From NCBI GenBank assembly GCA_016235765.1, contig JACRIZ010000008.1, forward strand, positions 1,838 to 65,837: a DNA stretch of 64,000 bases. Reading direction: 5' to 3'. The number at the start of each line of letters is the position of its first letter. Position 1 is the first letter of the stretch. The notes under the pieces were generated by a model. That model did no database searches and was not told where the DNA came from. It saw only the letters and a program-made list of their open reading frames with translations. The stretch is from Rhodocyclales bacterium. GTDB lineage: Bacteria; Pseudomonadota; Gammaproteobacteria; Burkholderiales; Rhodocyclaceae. Of this stretch, positions 37,799-49,943 are shown in pieces. The translations under genes were made by a program, and so were the position numbers.

Positions 37799-40700
37799 AT
37801 GATGACGCGCGGCACCGCAGCCGACACGAGTCTGAAGACGCTGATCAAGCGGCTGCCGATCGCTTTGGTGCGTCTCAACGCCGCCGGCAAGGTCCTCGAA
37901 GCCAACGACAAGCTCCTGCAGATTCTCGGCTACTCGCGCGAGGAGGTGCCGACCATCGACGCCTGGTGGCCGCTGGCTTATCCCGATCCGGTCTATCGGC
38001 AGGAAGTGATGACGGGCTGGGAGGCCGCAGTCGGCGAGTCCGTACGGACCGGCGCCGCCATCGGGCCCCTGCAATACCGGATCACCTGCAAGAACGGCGA
38101 GGAGCGTTTGGTCGAGGTCTCCGGCGCGACGCTCGGCGACGAAATCGTCGCGACATTCAACGACATCACCGAGCGCGAGCGCGCCGAGGAAACACGGCGC
38201 CGCCTGAATCGCGAACTGCGCGCGATCAGCGACTGCAACCAGGCGCTGTTGCGGGCCGAGGATGAGCAAGTGCTGCTCGACCAGGTCTGCCGCATCATCT
38301 GCGACGAGGCCGGCTATCGGGTTGCCTTCGTCGCCTATGCCGAACACGATGCCGACCAGACGGTGCGCCCCGTCGCCTGGGCCGGCATGGACGCCGGCTA
38401 TTTCGCCGGCGCCAAGCTGACCTGGGCGGACCGCGACCTCGGTCGAGGTCCGCTCGGCACGGCAATCCGGACCGGACAGGTCGTCGAGATTCCGGATATC
38501 GCCAACGATCCGCGCATGGCCCCTTGGCGGCAACGAGCCCTGGCCCGCGGCTATCGTTCCGGCGTCGCCTTTCCGCTGAAGGGCGATCAGCAGGAGGTTT
38601 TCGGCGGTTTACTCATCTACTCCGGGGAAGCGAACGCGATCACGGCCGAAGAGATCAGGCTGCTCGACGAGTTGGCCGGCGACCTGGCGTTCGGGATCTC
38701 CACGCTGCGGATCCGCGCCGAGCGCCAACGGGCGGAAGCGCAGATTGTCGCCAGCGAGCAGCTCTTCCGGACCATGGTCGAAAACTCGCCGGACTTCATT
38801 GCCCGCTACGACCGGGACCTGCGCAGACTCTACGTCAATCCGTCGCTCGAGAAACTGTTTGGCTCTCCCGCGTCGGAGCTCCTCGGCAAGCCGGCCGCCA
38901 CCGCTTCGCCGCTTCGCGACCCGGAGCATTACCTTGACTGCCTCCGGCGGGTGGTCGCAACCGGAACCGAGTGTTCCGACGAAATCGCCGGCCAATATCC
39001 CAACGGCGATGCGATGTGGATCAACGTGCGCTTCGCGCCGGAGTTCGACGCCGATGGCAAGGTCGCTACGGTACTGGCAATCTCGAATGACATCACCGCG
39101 CGCAGGCAGTCCGAGGACAGCCTGCGCCTCGCTGCCAGCGTGTTCGCCACCAGCCAGGAAGGCATCCTGATCAGCGATCCGGACAACCGGATCATCGACG
39201 TCAACCCCGCCTTTACCCGCCTGACCGGCTACACGCGCGAGGAGGCGCTGGGCAGGGATCCAAGCTTCCTCGCCTCCGGACGCCACAATGCCGACTTCTA
39301 CGCCGAGATGTGGCGGTCGATCGAGATCCGCGGGGCGTGGCAGGGTGAAATCTGGAACCGCCGCAAGTCCGGCGAGGCGTTCGCCGAGCTGCTCACCGTC
39401 ATTGCCGTAAAGGATGGCCAGGGCAATCTCCAACACTATGTCGGCGCCTTCTCCGATATCAGCATCCTGAAGGAACACGAAGCCGATCTCGATCGCATCG
39501 CCCACTACGACGTCCTGACCTCCGTACCCAATCGCCGCCTGCTCGGCGACCGGCTGGAACAAGCCATCGCCCGTGCGCGCCGGCTCGGCAAGAACCTGGC
39601 CGTCTGCTACCTGGACCTCGACGGTTTCAAGCCGATCAACGACCAGTTCGGCCATGAAGGCGGCGACCGCCTGCTGGTCGAGATCGCGCACCGGCTGCAG
39701 ACGATATCGCGGGGTGACGACACCGTCGCCCGCCTGGGTGGCGACGAGTTCGTACTGCTGTGGAACGACATCGGCCACGAGTCCGAATGCTTCCAGGCGC
39801 TGGATCGCATTCTCGCGGAAGTCTCGTCGCCCATGATCCTGAATGGCGTTCCGGTCTCGGTGTCGGCCAGCATCGGCGTGACCATGTTTCCGGACGACGA
39901 TGTCGACGCCGACAGCCTCCTGCGCCATGCCGACCACGCCATGTACTCCGCCAAGCAGCTCGGCAAGAACCGCTACCAGTTGTTCGACTCGCGCCTGGAG
40001 CGCCAGATTTCCTCGCGCGTCGAATTCCTGGCCAAGGTCGCCAACGGCCTCGATTCCGACCAGTTCGAGTTGCACTACCAGCCGAAGGTCGATTGCGTCG
40101 CCGGACGCCTGATCGGCGTCGAGGCGCTGATCCGCTGGCACGACCCCATCCTGGGCCTGGTCGGCCCCAAGGAATTCCTGCCGCTGATCGAGAACGACAA
40201 CCTGACGTTCCGCATGGGCCGCTGGGTCATGGCGCAGGCGGTACGGCAGGCCAAGCGCTGGCACGATGCCGGCCTCGATGTCCCGATCAGCATCAACCTG
40301 TTTCCCAGGCATTTGAAGTTCCCGACCTTCATCGACGACTTGCGCAATGCCATCGCGAGCGAATGGCCCGGGCTGCCCGCCAACCGGCTGCTGCTGGAAA
40401 TCGTCGAGACCTCCGACCTCGAGGAACTGGATCCGATCGAGGCGGTGATCAACGAGTGCCTCGCCATGGGCATCGGCTTCTCCCTCGACGACTTCGGTAC
40501 CGGCTATTCGTCGCTGGTCTATCTGCGCCGGCTGAGCGTCGAGGAACTGAAGATCGACCAGTCCTTCGTGCGCGACATGATGACGGATCCGGACGACCAG
40601 GCCATCGTCGCCGGCGTCATCGCCCTCGGCACGGCCTTCAACTTGCGCGTCGTCGCCGAAGGCGTGGAGTCGCCCGAGCAGGCGCGCCACCTGGTCGGCA

Positions 40701-40804
40701 TGGGCTGCACCACGGTGCAGGGCTATGGCTTCGGCAGCCCGATGCCGGCCCGCGATATTCCGGAATGGCTATCCCGATTCCTGTCGCAAGGAGTGACGAT
40801 ATGA
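37799..40804 (+). CDS. PAS-PAS-GAF-PAS-PAS-GGDEF-EAL signalling protein
   Basis: Multiple PAS blocks, GAF (LLDQVCRIICDEAGYRVAFVAY...), GGDEF (RLGGDEFVLLW), EAL (EALIRW...EIVETS...DDFGTGYSSL). The start is moved to ATG 37799 because the FNR-box geometry puts the likely +1 downstream of track start 37730. Confidence 0.85.
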   Translation: MMTRGTAADTSLKTLIKRLPIALVRLNAAGKVLEANDKLLQILGYSREEVPTIDAWWPLAYPDPVYRQEVMTGWEAAVGESVRTGAAIGPLQYRITCKNGEERLVEVSGATLGDEIVATFNDITERERAEETRRRLNRELRAISDCNQALLRAEDEQVLLDQVCRIICDEAGYRVAFVAYAEHDADQTVRPVAWAGMDAGYFAGAKLTWADRDLGRGPLGTAIRTGQVVEIPDIANDPRMAPWRQRALARGYRSGVAFPLKGDQQEVFGGLLIYSGEANAITAEEIRLLDELAGDLAFGISTLRIRAERQRAEAQIVASEQLFRTMVENSPDFIARYDRDLRRLYVNPSLEKLFGSPASELLGKPAATASPLRDPEHYLDCLRRVVATGTECSDEIAGQYPNGDAMWINVRFAPEFDADGKVATVLAISNDITARRQSEDSLRLAASVFATSQEGILISDPDNRIIDVNPAFTRLTGYTREEALGRDPSFLASGRHNADFYAEMWRSIEIRGAWQGEIWNRRKSGEAFAELLTVIAVKDGQGNLQHYVGAFSDISILKEHEADLDRIAHYDVLTSVPNRRLLGDRLEQAIARARRLGKNLAVCYLDLDGFKPINDQFGHEGGDRLLVEIAHRLQTISRGDDTVARLGGDEFVLLWNDIGHESECFQALDRILAEVSSPMILNGVPVSVSASIGVTMFPDDDVDADSLLRHADHAMYSAKQLGKNRYQLFDSRLERQISSRVEFLAKVANGLDSDQFELHYQPKVDCVAGRLIGVEALIRWHDPILGLVGPKEFLPLIENDNLTFRMGRWVMAQAVRQAKRWHDAGLDVPISINLFPRHLKFPTFIDDLRNAIASEWPGLPANRLLLEIVETSDLEELDPIEAVINECLAMGIGFSLDDFGTGYSSLVYLRRLSVEELKIDQSFVRDMMTDPDDQAIVAGVIALGTAFNLRVVAEGVESPEQARHLVGMGCTTVQGYGFGSPMPARDIPEWLSRFLSQGVTI

Positions 40805-41259
40805 CCGCCACCATCCACTTCGAACCCATCGAGTGGTCGGACAGCATGACGACCGGCGTTGCCCAGATCGACAACCAGCACCGCTTCCTGGTCGACACCC
40901 TACGCCAGGCCAACAACAGGTTACTGGATGACCACGAAGGTGCACTGCTCGGCGAGATTGCCAAGGACTTGCTCACCTACGCGATCATGCATTTCGAGAC
41001 CGAAGAAAACTTGATGAAGCGCTACGGCTACGCGGAAGCCTTTCCCGAACTTGCCAGGGCCCATATCGCCCAGCACCGGGACTTCTCGCATCAGGTGGTG
41101 GCAGTCTGCGACAACCTGCGTGAAGGCCGCCAGGTGTCCCGCATCGAGGTGCTGAAGTTCCTCAACGAGTGGCTGCGCCACCACGTGCTCGGCGTCGACC
41201 AGAAGCTGGGTGCGTTCGTGCGCGACGCCGCGCGGCAGCGGTCGGATCAGGCCGGCTGA
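40801..41259 (+). CDS. bacteriohemerythrin
   Basis: IEWSDSMTTGVAQIDNQHRFLV, MHFETEENLM, HIAQHRDF, WLRHHVLGVD. ATGA overlap with the GGDEF-EAL gene. Confidence 0.85.
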   Translation: MTATIHFEPIEWSDSMTTGVAQIDNQHRFLVDTLRQANNRLLDDHEGALLGEIAKDLLTYAIMHFETEENLMKRYGYAEAFPELARAHIAQHRDFSHQVVAVCDNLREGRQVSRIEVLKFLNEWLRHHVLGVDQKLGAFVRDAARQRSDQAG

Positions 41260-42086
41260 AACAGGCCCGCGATCCAGGCCTTCTGCACGGCGGCGCGCCG
41301 CCCGCCGGCAAGATGTTCCCGCACGCGCTCGCGGATTTCGGCCAGCGGCACCTGCGTTTCCCGTTCGATCGCGTCGCAGAGCACGAGGTGAAACCCGAGT
41401 TCCGATTCAACGACGGCCGAAAGTTCGCCCGCGTCCAGGGCAAACGCGACGGCCTCGACTGCGGCGTAGAGCTTGCCGCGCGGCACCTTGCCGAGCATGC
41501 CGCCGTTCATCGCCGTCGGGCACTCGGAGTGCTTGAGCGCCTGCTCGCTGAAGCGGCCGATCTCCTTTGCCAGCCGCGCACGGATCGCTTCGATCTTTGC
41601 CTGCGCAGCATCGCGCGTGCTGCCGGCCATGTCGTCGTTGATCGTGATCAGGATATGCCGCAGCGTACGGGTCTCAGGCTTCTTGAAGCGATCCAGGTGC
41701 TGTAGGTAGAAGATCTCGACCTCGGTATCGCTGACCGGCAGGGCGCTCGCCGCGACCAGTTCCAGCACGGCCTCGACCTTCAGATCGCGCTCGATGGCGG
41801 CACGCAACTCCGCGATGCCGAGGCCGGTGCGGGCCAGGTCGGCTTCGAATTCCGGCTCGTCGGGATAGCGGTCGCGGATGTCCTTGACGCAGGCTTCGAC
41901 CGACGCTTCGGGCAGCACCACCAGCGCCGCGTTGGCGCTGGCGAGGATGCGCTGCTCGATTTCCTGCTGGCGCGCGGCCACTGCATCGACGCGCTTGCGT
42001 TCCGGCGCTTCGAGCGCATCGGGCGCCTTGCTGTACAGCTCGCGCGCCAGCTTGAGGCGCAGGTAGGGACTGGGAGAGTCAGTCAT
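41247..42086 (-). CDS. nifM: PpiC-type peptidyl-prolyl isomerase NifM
   Basis: C-terminal parvulin domain (HILITIND..., SECPTAMNGGMLGKVPRGKLY, SELGFHLVLC). Sits next to nifZ. Confidence 0.8.
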   Translation of the reverse strand: MTDSPSPYLRLKLARELYSKAPDALEAPERKRVDAVAARQQEIEQRILASANAALVVLPEASVEACVKDIRDRYPDEPEFEADLARTGLGIAELRAAIERDLKVEAVLELVAASALPVSDTEVEIFYLQHLDRFKKPETRTLRHILITINDDMAGSTRDAAQAKIEAIRARLAKEIGRFSEQALKHSECPTAMNGGMLGKVPRGKLYAAVEAVAFALDAGELSAVVESELGFHLVLCDAIERETQVPLAEIRERVREHLAGGRRAAVQKAWIAGLFQPA

Positions 42087-42097
42087 CGCGGCACGCC
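42075..42097 (-). repeat. 23-nt motif copy m (18/23)
   Basis: Reverse complement is GGCGTGCCGCGATGACTGACTCT. Contains both the nifZ stop (TGA) and the nifM start (ATG). Confidence 0.65.
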
Positions 42098-42552
42098 TGC
42101 TGCGGCAGCAGCGAAGTCAGCGCAGCTTCGGAAACCATCACCGGCCGGCCGGGCAGGCTGTCGAAATGCACGTGGTAGACGACGCCGCCCGGCGCATCGC
42201 GCACCACCTTGAGAATTTCGCCGATGGCGCCGACTTCCACCAGGGTCTCGCCTTTCGAGGCCAGCGTCTTCGCGGCGCGCACCTTCTGGCGAAACTCGTA
42301 GGCGCTCGGCACCCAGGGTTCGTCGGCGCCCAGCAATTCCTCCTCGCGGCAGCCGACGATCCGGCCGGCGTCGAGGAAGTGCACCGAATAGATGATCTGG
42401 TCCTGCAGGAAGGTGCCGACGTCGACCACGTTGCCGACACTGCCGCGCCGGATCAGCAGCGCGCCGGTCTCCTCGCCGGGATAGGTCCCGTCGTTGCGCA
42501 CGTTGCGCGTCACGCGCACGGCTTCGCCGAGATCCCACTTGTTGTGCATCAT
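42079..42552 (-). CDS. nifZ: NifZ
   Basis: WDLGEAVRVTRNVRNDGTYPGEETGALLIRRGSVGNVVDVG...IYSVHF. A second related half follows. Confidence 0.85.
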   Translation of the reverse strand: MMHNKWDLGEAVRVTRNVRNDGTYPGEETGALLIRRGSVGNVVDVGTFLQDQIIYSVHFLDAGRIVGCREEELLGADEPWVPSAYEFRQKVRAAKTLASKGETLVEVGAIGEILKVVRDAPGGVVYHVHFDSLPGRPVMVSEAALTSLLPQQACRDD

Positions 42553-42878
42553 GTCGCCGGCTTGCCCCTGCCGATGGCGCCGATGGAAATCTTGGTGATG
42601 CCGGCCGCGCGCTGCAGCACGCTGAACACCTTCTCGGTCTGCGCGTCGGAGCGGACGAAATCCTCGTAGGCGCGCAGCAGCCAGCCGCGATACTCGTCGT
42701 AGCCGGTCACGCCGGCCTTGGCATGCGCGTCCAGGTAGTTGTGGAAGCGCTGCAGGATGTGCAGGCGATTGACATGCACCACCGAGCGCTCGAAGGCAAT
42801 GTTGAAGTGTTCGAGGAAATCCTCGGCGCCTTCACAGTCGGCGGTTTCGTCCGCGAAGTCATAGGGGGTGGCGCTCAT
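42549..42878 (-). CDS. nifW: nitrogenase-stabilizing/protective protein NifW
   Basis: [36 protein letters not shown] overlaps on both sides. Confidence 0.85.
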   Translation of the reverse strand: MSATPYDFADETADCEGAEDFLEHFNIAFERSVVHVNRLHILQRFHNYLDAHAKAGVTGYDEYRGWLLRAYEDFVRSDAQTEKVFSVLQRAAGITKISIGAIGRGKPAT

Positions 42879-44020
42879 GATGCCTCCATCAGTAATTGCA
42901 GCAATTCGATATCGGTAGGCGGACGCTTGTGGTCGGTGACGAAACCGCGCACGCGCGCCAGCAGGATTTCCGCCTCGGCATCGTCGAGCCGGCGGCCCAG
43001 GCGGGCCATGACGAGTTGCACGGCACGCCGCCCGGAATGCTTGCCGAGCACGATGCGATGCTCGCGGCCGACCAGTTGCGGGTCGAAGCCCTGGTAGTTG
43101 TGCGGGTCCTTGATCAGGCCGTCGACATGGATGCCGGCCTCGTGGGTGAACACGCCCTCGCCGACCACGCTCTTCTGCCAGCCGACCGGCCGGCCCGAGG
43201 CGCTGGCGACGCACGCCGACAGCGCCGGGAAGCCGCGCAGGTCGACGCCGGTTTCGATGCCGTGGCACTGGCGCAGGCCGAGCACGACCTCCTCCAGCGG
43301 CGCGTTGCCGGCCCGCTCGCCGAGCCCGTTGACGGTGGTGTTGGCATGCGTGGCGCCGGCCTTGGCCGCTGCCAGGGTATTGGCAGTGGCGAGGCCGAGG
43401 TCGTCGTGGGCGTGCATTTCGATTTCGATGTCGCTGACGGCGCGCAGCGCGGCGATGCGTTCATAGGTCGAGAACGGATCGAGCACGCCAAGGGTATCGG
43501 CGAAACGGAAGCGGCGCGCGCCGGCCGCCTGGGCGACCTCGACGATGCGCTTGAGGAAATCGGGGTCGGCGCGCGAGGCATCCTCGCCGCCGATGCAGAC
43601 GTCGAGGCCGATGTCCAGCCCGTAGCGGACATGGCGCGGAATCTCCCGCAACAGCCAGTCGCGATCCTTGCGCAGCTTGGAACGCAGGTGCTGGTCGGAG
43701 GCCGGCACCGAGATGTCGATCAATTGCACGCCCAGGCTGGTGCAGGCCGCAATGTCGGCGATGTGCATGCGGCTCCAGACCATCAGCCGCGCCGACAGGC
43801 CGAGGTTGGCCAGTGCCCGGATGCTCTCGCGCTCGGTCGCCCCCATGGCGGGGATGCCGACCTCCATCTCGGGCACGCCCAGGGCGTCGAGGCGGCTGGC
43901 GATGCCGAGCTTCTCCTCGAGCGAAAAGGCGACGCCGGCCGACTGCTCGCCGTCGCGCAGCGTGGTGTCGTTGATGACGACTTCACCGGAATTGGAGGCA
44001 CGGATGTCCATGACCTGCAT
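42875..44020 (-). CDS. nifV: homocitrate synthase NifV
   Basis: [54 protein letters not shown]. The second ATG at 44011 is an alternative start. Confidence 0.95.
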   Translation of the reverse strand: MQVMDIRASNSGEVVINDTTLRDGEQSAGVAFSLEEKLGIASRLDALGVPEMEVGIPAMGATERESIRALANLGLSARLMVWSRMHIADIAACTSLGVQLIDISVPASDQHLRSKLRKDRDWLLREIPRHVRYGLDIGLDVCIGGEDASRADPDFLKRIVEVAQAAGARRFRFADTLGVLDPFSTYERIAALRAVSDIEIEMHAHDDLGLATANTLAAAKAGATHANTTVNGLGERAGNAPLEEVVLGLRQCHGIETGVDLRGFPALSACVASASGRPVGWQKSVVGEGVFTHEAGIHVDGLIKDPHNYQGFDPQLVGREHRIVLGKHSGRRAVQLVMARLGRRLDDAEAEILLARVRGFVTDHKRPPTDIELLQLLMEAS

Positions 44021-44022
44021 TT

Positions 44023-44038
44023 AGCAAGTCCGGTGCCC
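44023..44038 (-). promoter_or_regulatory. sigma54 promoter-like element directly upstream of nifV
   Basis: Reverse complement is GGGCAC-CGGAC-TTGCT. The predicted +1 falls 1 nt before the second in-frame ATG (44011). Confidence 0.5.
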
Positions 44039-44089
44039 GAATCTTTTGTCTATACCGATCAATGGCTTGTATTGCCAACAGGGGCCATT

Positions 44090-44105
44090 TGTCGCAAACC
44101 CGACA
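44090..44105. promoter_or_regulatory. NifA UAS upstream of nifV
   Basis: TGTCGCAAACCCGACA, about 52 bp upstream of the -24 element. Confidence 0.65.
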
Positions 44106-44141
44106 TCGACCGGGAGGCGGACGCCTTAGAATGCGCCGCCT

Positions 44142-46108
<1,967 letters not shown>

Positions 46109-46112
<4 letters not shown>

Positions 46113-48442
46113 ACAACGAAACGCCTGACCTCTTCGATGAAGCCCCGCCGCCAGGTGGCGTCCCCCCACGGCTGACTTTCGAGGACCCGAACGCGCTGCC
46201 GCTCGACGGCTATGCCGAACAGGCCTATCTCTCCTACGCGATGAGCGTGGTGCGCTCGCGCGCGCTGCCGCAGGTCGAGGATGGCTTGAAGCCGGTGCAG
46301 CGTCGCATCCTGTTCGCGATGAACGAGATGCGCCTGCCGGCGACCGCCAAGCACGTCAAGTCGGCGCGCGTGGTCGGCGACGTGATCGGCAAGTACCACC
46401 CGCACGGCGACAGCAGCGTGTACGACGCCATGGTGCGCGTGGCGCAGGACTTTTCCTTGCGCTATCCGCTGGTCGACGGCCAGGGCAACTTCGGCTCGCG
46501 CGACGGCGATGGCGCGGCGGCGATGCGCTACACCGAATGCCGGCTGACGCCGATCGCCGAATTGCTGCTCGCGGAACTGGATCGCGGCACGGTCGATTTC
46601 GTCGCCAACTACGACGGCACCATGCGCGAGCCGCAACTGATGCCGGCCCGCCTGCCCTTCGTGCTGCTCAACGGCGCCTCGGGCATCGCCGTCGGCATGG
46701 CCACGGAAATTCCGCCGCACAACCTGCGCGAAGTCGCGGAGGCGGTGAAGCTGCTGATCAGGAAGCCGGAAGCGGCGCTCGAGGAGGTGCTGCCGCTGCT
46801 GCCGGGCCCCGACTTCCCGGGCGGCGGCCAGTTGATCTCTTCGCCCGAGGACATCCGCGACGCCTACGCGAGCGGACGCGGCAGCTTGCGCATGCGCGCG
46901 CGCTGGCGCATCGAGGATCTGGCCCGCGGCCAGTGGCGCGTGATTGTCGAGGAACTGCCGCACGGCGTGTCGACGGCGAACGTGCTGTCGGAAATCGAGG
47001 CCGTCACCAACCCGCAACCGCGCGCCGGCAAGAAGGACGTGTCGCAGGAGCAGAAAAACCTCAAGCAGGTGATGCTCGGCGTGCTCGATTCGGTGCGCGA
47101 CGAATCGAGCGACAAGGCACCCGTGCGCATCGTGCTGGAGCCGCGCACGTCGAAGATCTCGCAGCAGGAGTTCATGGCCGTGCTGCTGGCGCACACCAGC
47201 CTCGAAGCCAGCGTGCCGATCAACATGACCATGATCGGCCGCGATGGCCGGCCGAAGCAGAAACCGCTGCTGAGCGCGCTGCACGAGTGGATCGAGTTCC
47301 GCCACGTCACCGTCGAGCGGCGCAGCCGCCATCGCCTGAATGAAGTCGAGCGCCGCCTGCACATCCTCGAAGGCCGCCTGTCGGTGTTCCTGCAGATCGA
47401 GAAGGTGATCCGCTGCATCCGCGAATCGGACGAGCCCAAGGCCGACCTGATGGCGAAGTTCAAGCTCACCGAGATCCAGGCCGAGGACATCCTCGAAATC
47501 CGCCTGCGCCAGTTGGCGCGACTGGAAGGCATCAAGATCGAGAAGGAGCGCGGCGAACTGCGCGAGGAAGAAGCGGGCCTGAGGAAGATCCTCGGCGACC
47601 GCAAGGAACTCACCAGGCTGGTCGTCAGGGAAATCACCGAGGACGCGAAGAAGTACGGCGACGAACGCCGCACGCTGATCGAGGCCGAGGCCGCGACGGC
47701 GCCGGCCGAAGTGGCCATCCCCGACGAGCCGGTGACGGTGATCGTCTCGCAGAACGGCTGGGTGCGCGCGCGCCAGGGCCACGGCATCGACCCGACCACG
47801 ATTTCCTACAAGGCAGGCGACTTCCCCTTCCTGGTCGCCGAGTCGCGCACGATCTGGCCGCTGGTCATGGTCGACACGGCGGGCCGCGCCTACAGCGTGC
47901 GCGTGGCCGACCTGCCGGGCGGGCGTGGCGACGGCGTGCCGCTCACCACGCTGATCGAATTCCAGGACGGCGCGAAACTCGCCCAGGCGCTCACCGACAC
48001 GCCGGAAGCCCAGTACGTCTTCGCCGGCACCGGCGGCTACGGCTTCATCGCCGGCATCGTCGATCTCGTCTCGCGCAACCGCGCCGGCAAGGCCTTCATG
48101 GCGCTCGACAAGGGCGAGAGGCCGGTCAAGCCGGCGAAAGTCAGTGGTGGCGGTACGCTGGCAGCGATCTCGCAAAGCGGCCGCCTGCTGGTCTTCCCGC
48201 TCGACGAATTGAAGGTCATGGCCAAGGGCCGCGGCCTGATCATCCAGGACATCGGCCCCAAGGACGAACTGGTCGGCGTCGCGGTCGGCGACAAGTCCTT
48301 CACCGTGAGCGGCGCAGGCCGTGGCGGCAAGGCGAGCGAATGGCAGGTGTCGGGCAGGGAGTTGACCGGCTATCGCGGCAGCCGGGCGAAGAAGGGCCAG
48401 CCGATACCGGCCAGGCTCAAGCCGGCGGGAATCTCCGGCTAG
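46109..48442 (+). CDS. parC: DNA topoisomerase IV subunit A
   Basis: [48 protein letters not shown] overlap with parE. Contains two 23-nt motif copies. The 785-aa minus ORF is a shadow. Confidence 0.9.
46157..46179 (+). repeat. 23-nt motif copy e (21/23)
   Basis: GGCGTCCCCCCACGGCTGACTTT in the variable parC N-terminus. Read as GVPPRLTF. Confidence 0.85.
48137..48159 (-). repeat. 23-nt motif copy f (18/23)
   Basis: Reverse complement is AGCGTACCGCCACCACTGACTTT in the parC C-terminal domain. Read antisense as KVSGGGT. Confidence 0.65.
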
Positions 48443-48771
48443 TGCAGCGTGCGCTGATCCGGGACCGAACGTAAGCCAACGTTCAGCAATATCACGCGCA
48501 GGCCGAGCATGACGATGCTGCCGCGCCGGCGGTTATCCCCGGTATCGCTGTATTCGAAGCTGTAGACGCGCCGCAGGCGCAACACACCGTCGTCGTCGCG
48601 CTCCGGCCTCATGCTGGTGACCGAGACCGTTTCGTCGAGGAACTGCAGGCCCTCGGCGTCGCAGGCCCGGCGGCAGGCCATCATGGCCGCATCGCGCGCC
48701 TTGATGGTGGCGAGCCAAAACCAGCCGAGCGCCGCCACGAGCAGCAGGCCGGAAACTTCCAGGATGGGCAC
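48439..48771 (-). CDS. DUF3301-like small membrane protein
   Basis: N-terminal TM helix ([12 protein letters not shown]). The remainder is conserved-looking ([21 protein letters not shown]). Family name is from memory. Confidence 0.55.
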   Translation of the reverse strand: MPILEVSGLLLVAALGWFWLATIKARDAAMMACRRACDAEGLQFLDETVSVTSMRPERDDDGVLRLRRVYSFEYSDTGDNRRRGSIVMLGLRVILLNVGLRSVPDQRTLH

Positions 48772-48796
48772 TACGGACCTGCCAGGCAGGAGCGAA

Positions 48797-49015
48797 TCAG
48801 CTCTGGCCGTTGAGGATGCGGGCCTTGCTCTGCGCTTCGGCCTTGTTGATGGCCGTCATCTGCTTGCCGAAGGCTTCGCGCTCGGCAACGCTGCGCTTGG
48901 TCGCCTCGATGCTCTTGATGCAACGCCAGCGCTTGCCACCCTTGGTGTCGATCTGGCGCATCTCTTCGCGCGGGTGGTAGGTCCGGCAGTGGTAGCAGTA
49001 CAGGGTATCGGCCAT
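48797..49015 (-). CDS. small Cys-containing (zinc-ribbon-like) protein
   Basis: MADTLYCYHCRTYHPREEM...RWRCIKS. 72 aa with a basic C-terminus. Confidence 0.5.
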   Translation of the reverse strand: MADTLYCYHCRTYHPREEMRQIDTKGGKRWRCIKSIEATKRSVAEREAFGKQMTAINKAEAQSKARILNGQS

Positions 49016-49085
49016 AGCTTCGTACGAGACTCTCTGTAATACAAACTAGCCACCATTGCGGTGACCGTCCGCTTGTTTGTTTAAT

Positions 49086-49162
49086 TGGCGCGCCCGGCAG
49101 GATTCGAACCCACGACCCCCTGGTTCGTAGCCAGGTACTCTATCCAACTGAGCTACGGGCGC
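49086..49162 (-). tRNA. tRNA-Arg (anticodon ACG)
   Basis: Reverse complement is GCGCCCGTAGCTCAGTTGGATAGAGTACCTGGCTACGAACCAGGGGGTCGTGGGTTCGAATCCTGCCGGGCGCGCCA. It folds as a cloverleaf with encoded CCA. Confidence 0.9.
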
Positions 49163-49214
49163 GTTGAAAGGAAAAGCATTATACAGGCTTTTCGCCCGTA
49201 TTGTCTCGCCTGAT

Positions 49215-49790
49215 TCAGATTCCGAACCTTTCGCCCGCGCCGACCAGCGTCGCGATCCCCAGGATGGCGAATATGACCGCGGCAATGCCATGCACGAGCC
49301 GGGTCGGCATCCGGTGCGCGATGCGGTCGCCGAGCAGCACGGCGGGCACATTGGCGATAATCATGCCCAGCGTGGTGCCGGCGACGACGGCCACCACCGC
49401 CTGGTACTGCGCGGCCAGCGCCACGGTGGCGATCTGCGTCTTGTCGCCCATTTCGGCCAGGAAGAAAGCGATCAGCGTGGTGCCGAAGACGCCGTAGCGG
49501 GCGAGCTTCGCATCCTCCTCGTCGAACTCGTCGGGGACCAGCGTCCACGCGGCCATGCCAAGGAACGAGAGCCCAAGCACCCAGCGCAAGACCTCGGGCG
49601 AGACGACGGAGGTGATCCACGAACCGAGCGCGCCGGCGAAGGCATGGTTGGCGATCGTCGCCACCAGGATGCCGAGGACGATGGGCAGGGGCTTGCGGAA
49701 CTTGGCCGCCAGGATGAAGGCCAGGAGTTGTGTCTTGTCGCCGACCTCGGCGAGGGCGACGATGCCCGTCGAGATGAGGAAGGCGTCCAT
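49215..49790 (-). CDS. UPF0016 (GDT1/TMEM165-like) cation transporter
   Basis: Two copies of the E-x-G-D-K-T/S motif (LAEVGDKTQLL and LAEMGDKTQIA). Confidence 0.8.
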   Translation of the reverse strand: MDAFLISTGIVALAEVGDKTQLLAFILAAKFRKPLPIVLGILVATIANHAFAGALGSWITSVVSPEVLRWVLGLSFLGMAAWTLVPDEFDEEDAKLARYGVFGTTLIAFFLAEMGDKTQIATVALAAQYQAVVAVVAGTTLGMIIANVPAVLLGDRIAHRMPTRLVHGIAAVIFAILGIATLVGAGERFGI

Positions 49791-49806
49791 GACTCAAGAA
49801 GAATAC

Positions 49807-49899
49807 TGGCGGAGACGCAGGGATTCGAACCCTGGATGCAGTTTTTGACCGCATGCTCCCTTAGCAGGGGAGTGCCTTCGACCACTCGGCCACGTCTCC
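49807..49899 (-). tRNA. tRNA-Ser (anticodon GCU)
   Basis: Reverse complement is GGAGACGTGGCCGAGTGGTCGAAGGCACTCCCCTGCTAAGGGAG...long variable arm...GGGTTCGAATCCCTGCGTCTCCGCCA. Confidence 0.9.
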
Positions 49900-49943
49900 G
49901 GAAGGTGCGCGATGATACTCGGTCCGCGCACCCGGGGTCAAAC

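Noticed and set aside
38609-40690. 693-aa minus-strand ORF
   Set aside because: It is antisense to the PAS-GAF-GGDEF-EAL gene.
41638-41651. Near-FNR site TTGATCGTGATCAG (9/10)
   Set aside because: It lies inside the nifM coding sequence with no downstream promoter context, so it is probably chance.
42855-42877. Motif-like sequence at the nifW start (SATPYDF, resembling the ATTxDF reading of the motif)
   Set aside because: About 15/23 identity, too weak to call without statistics.
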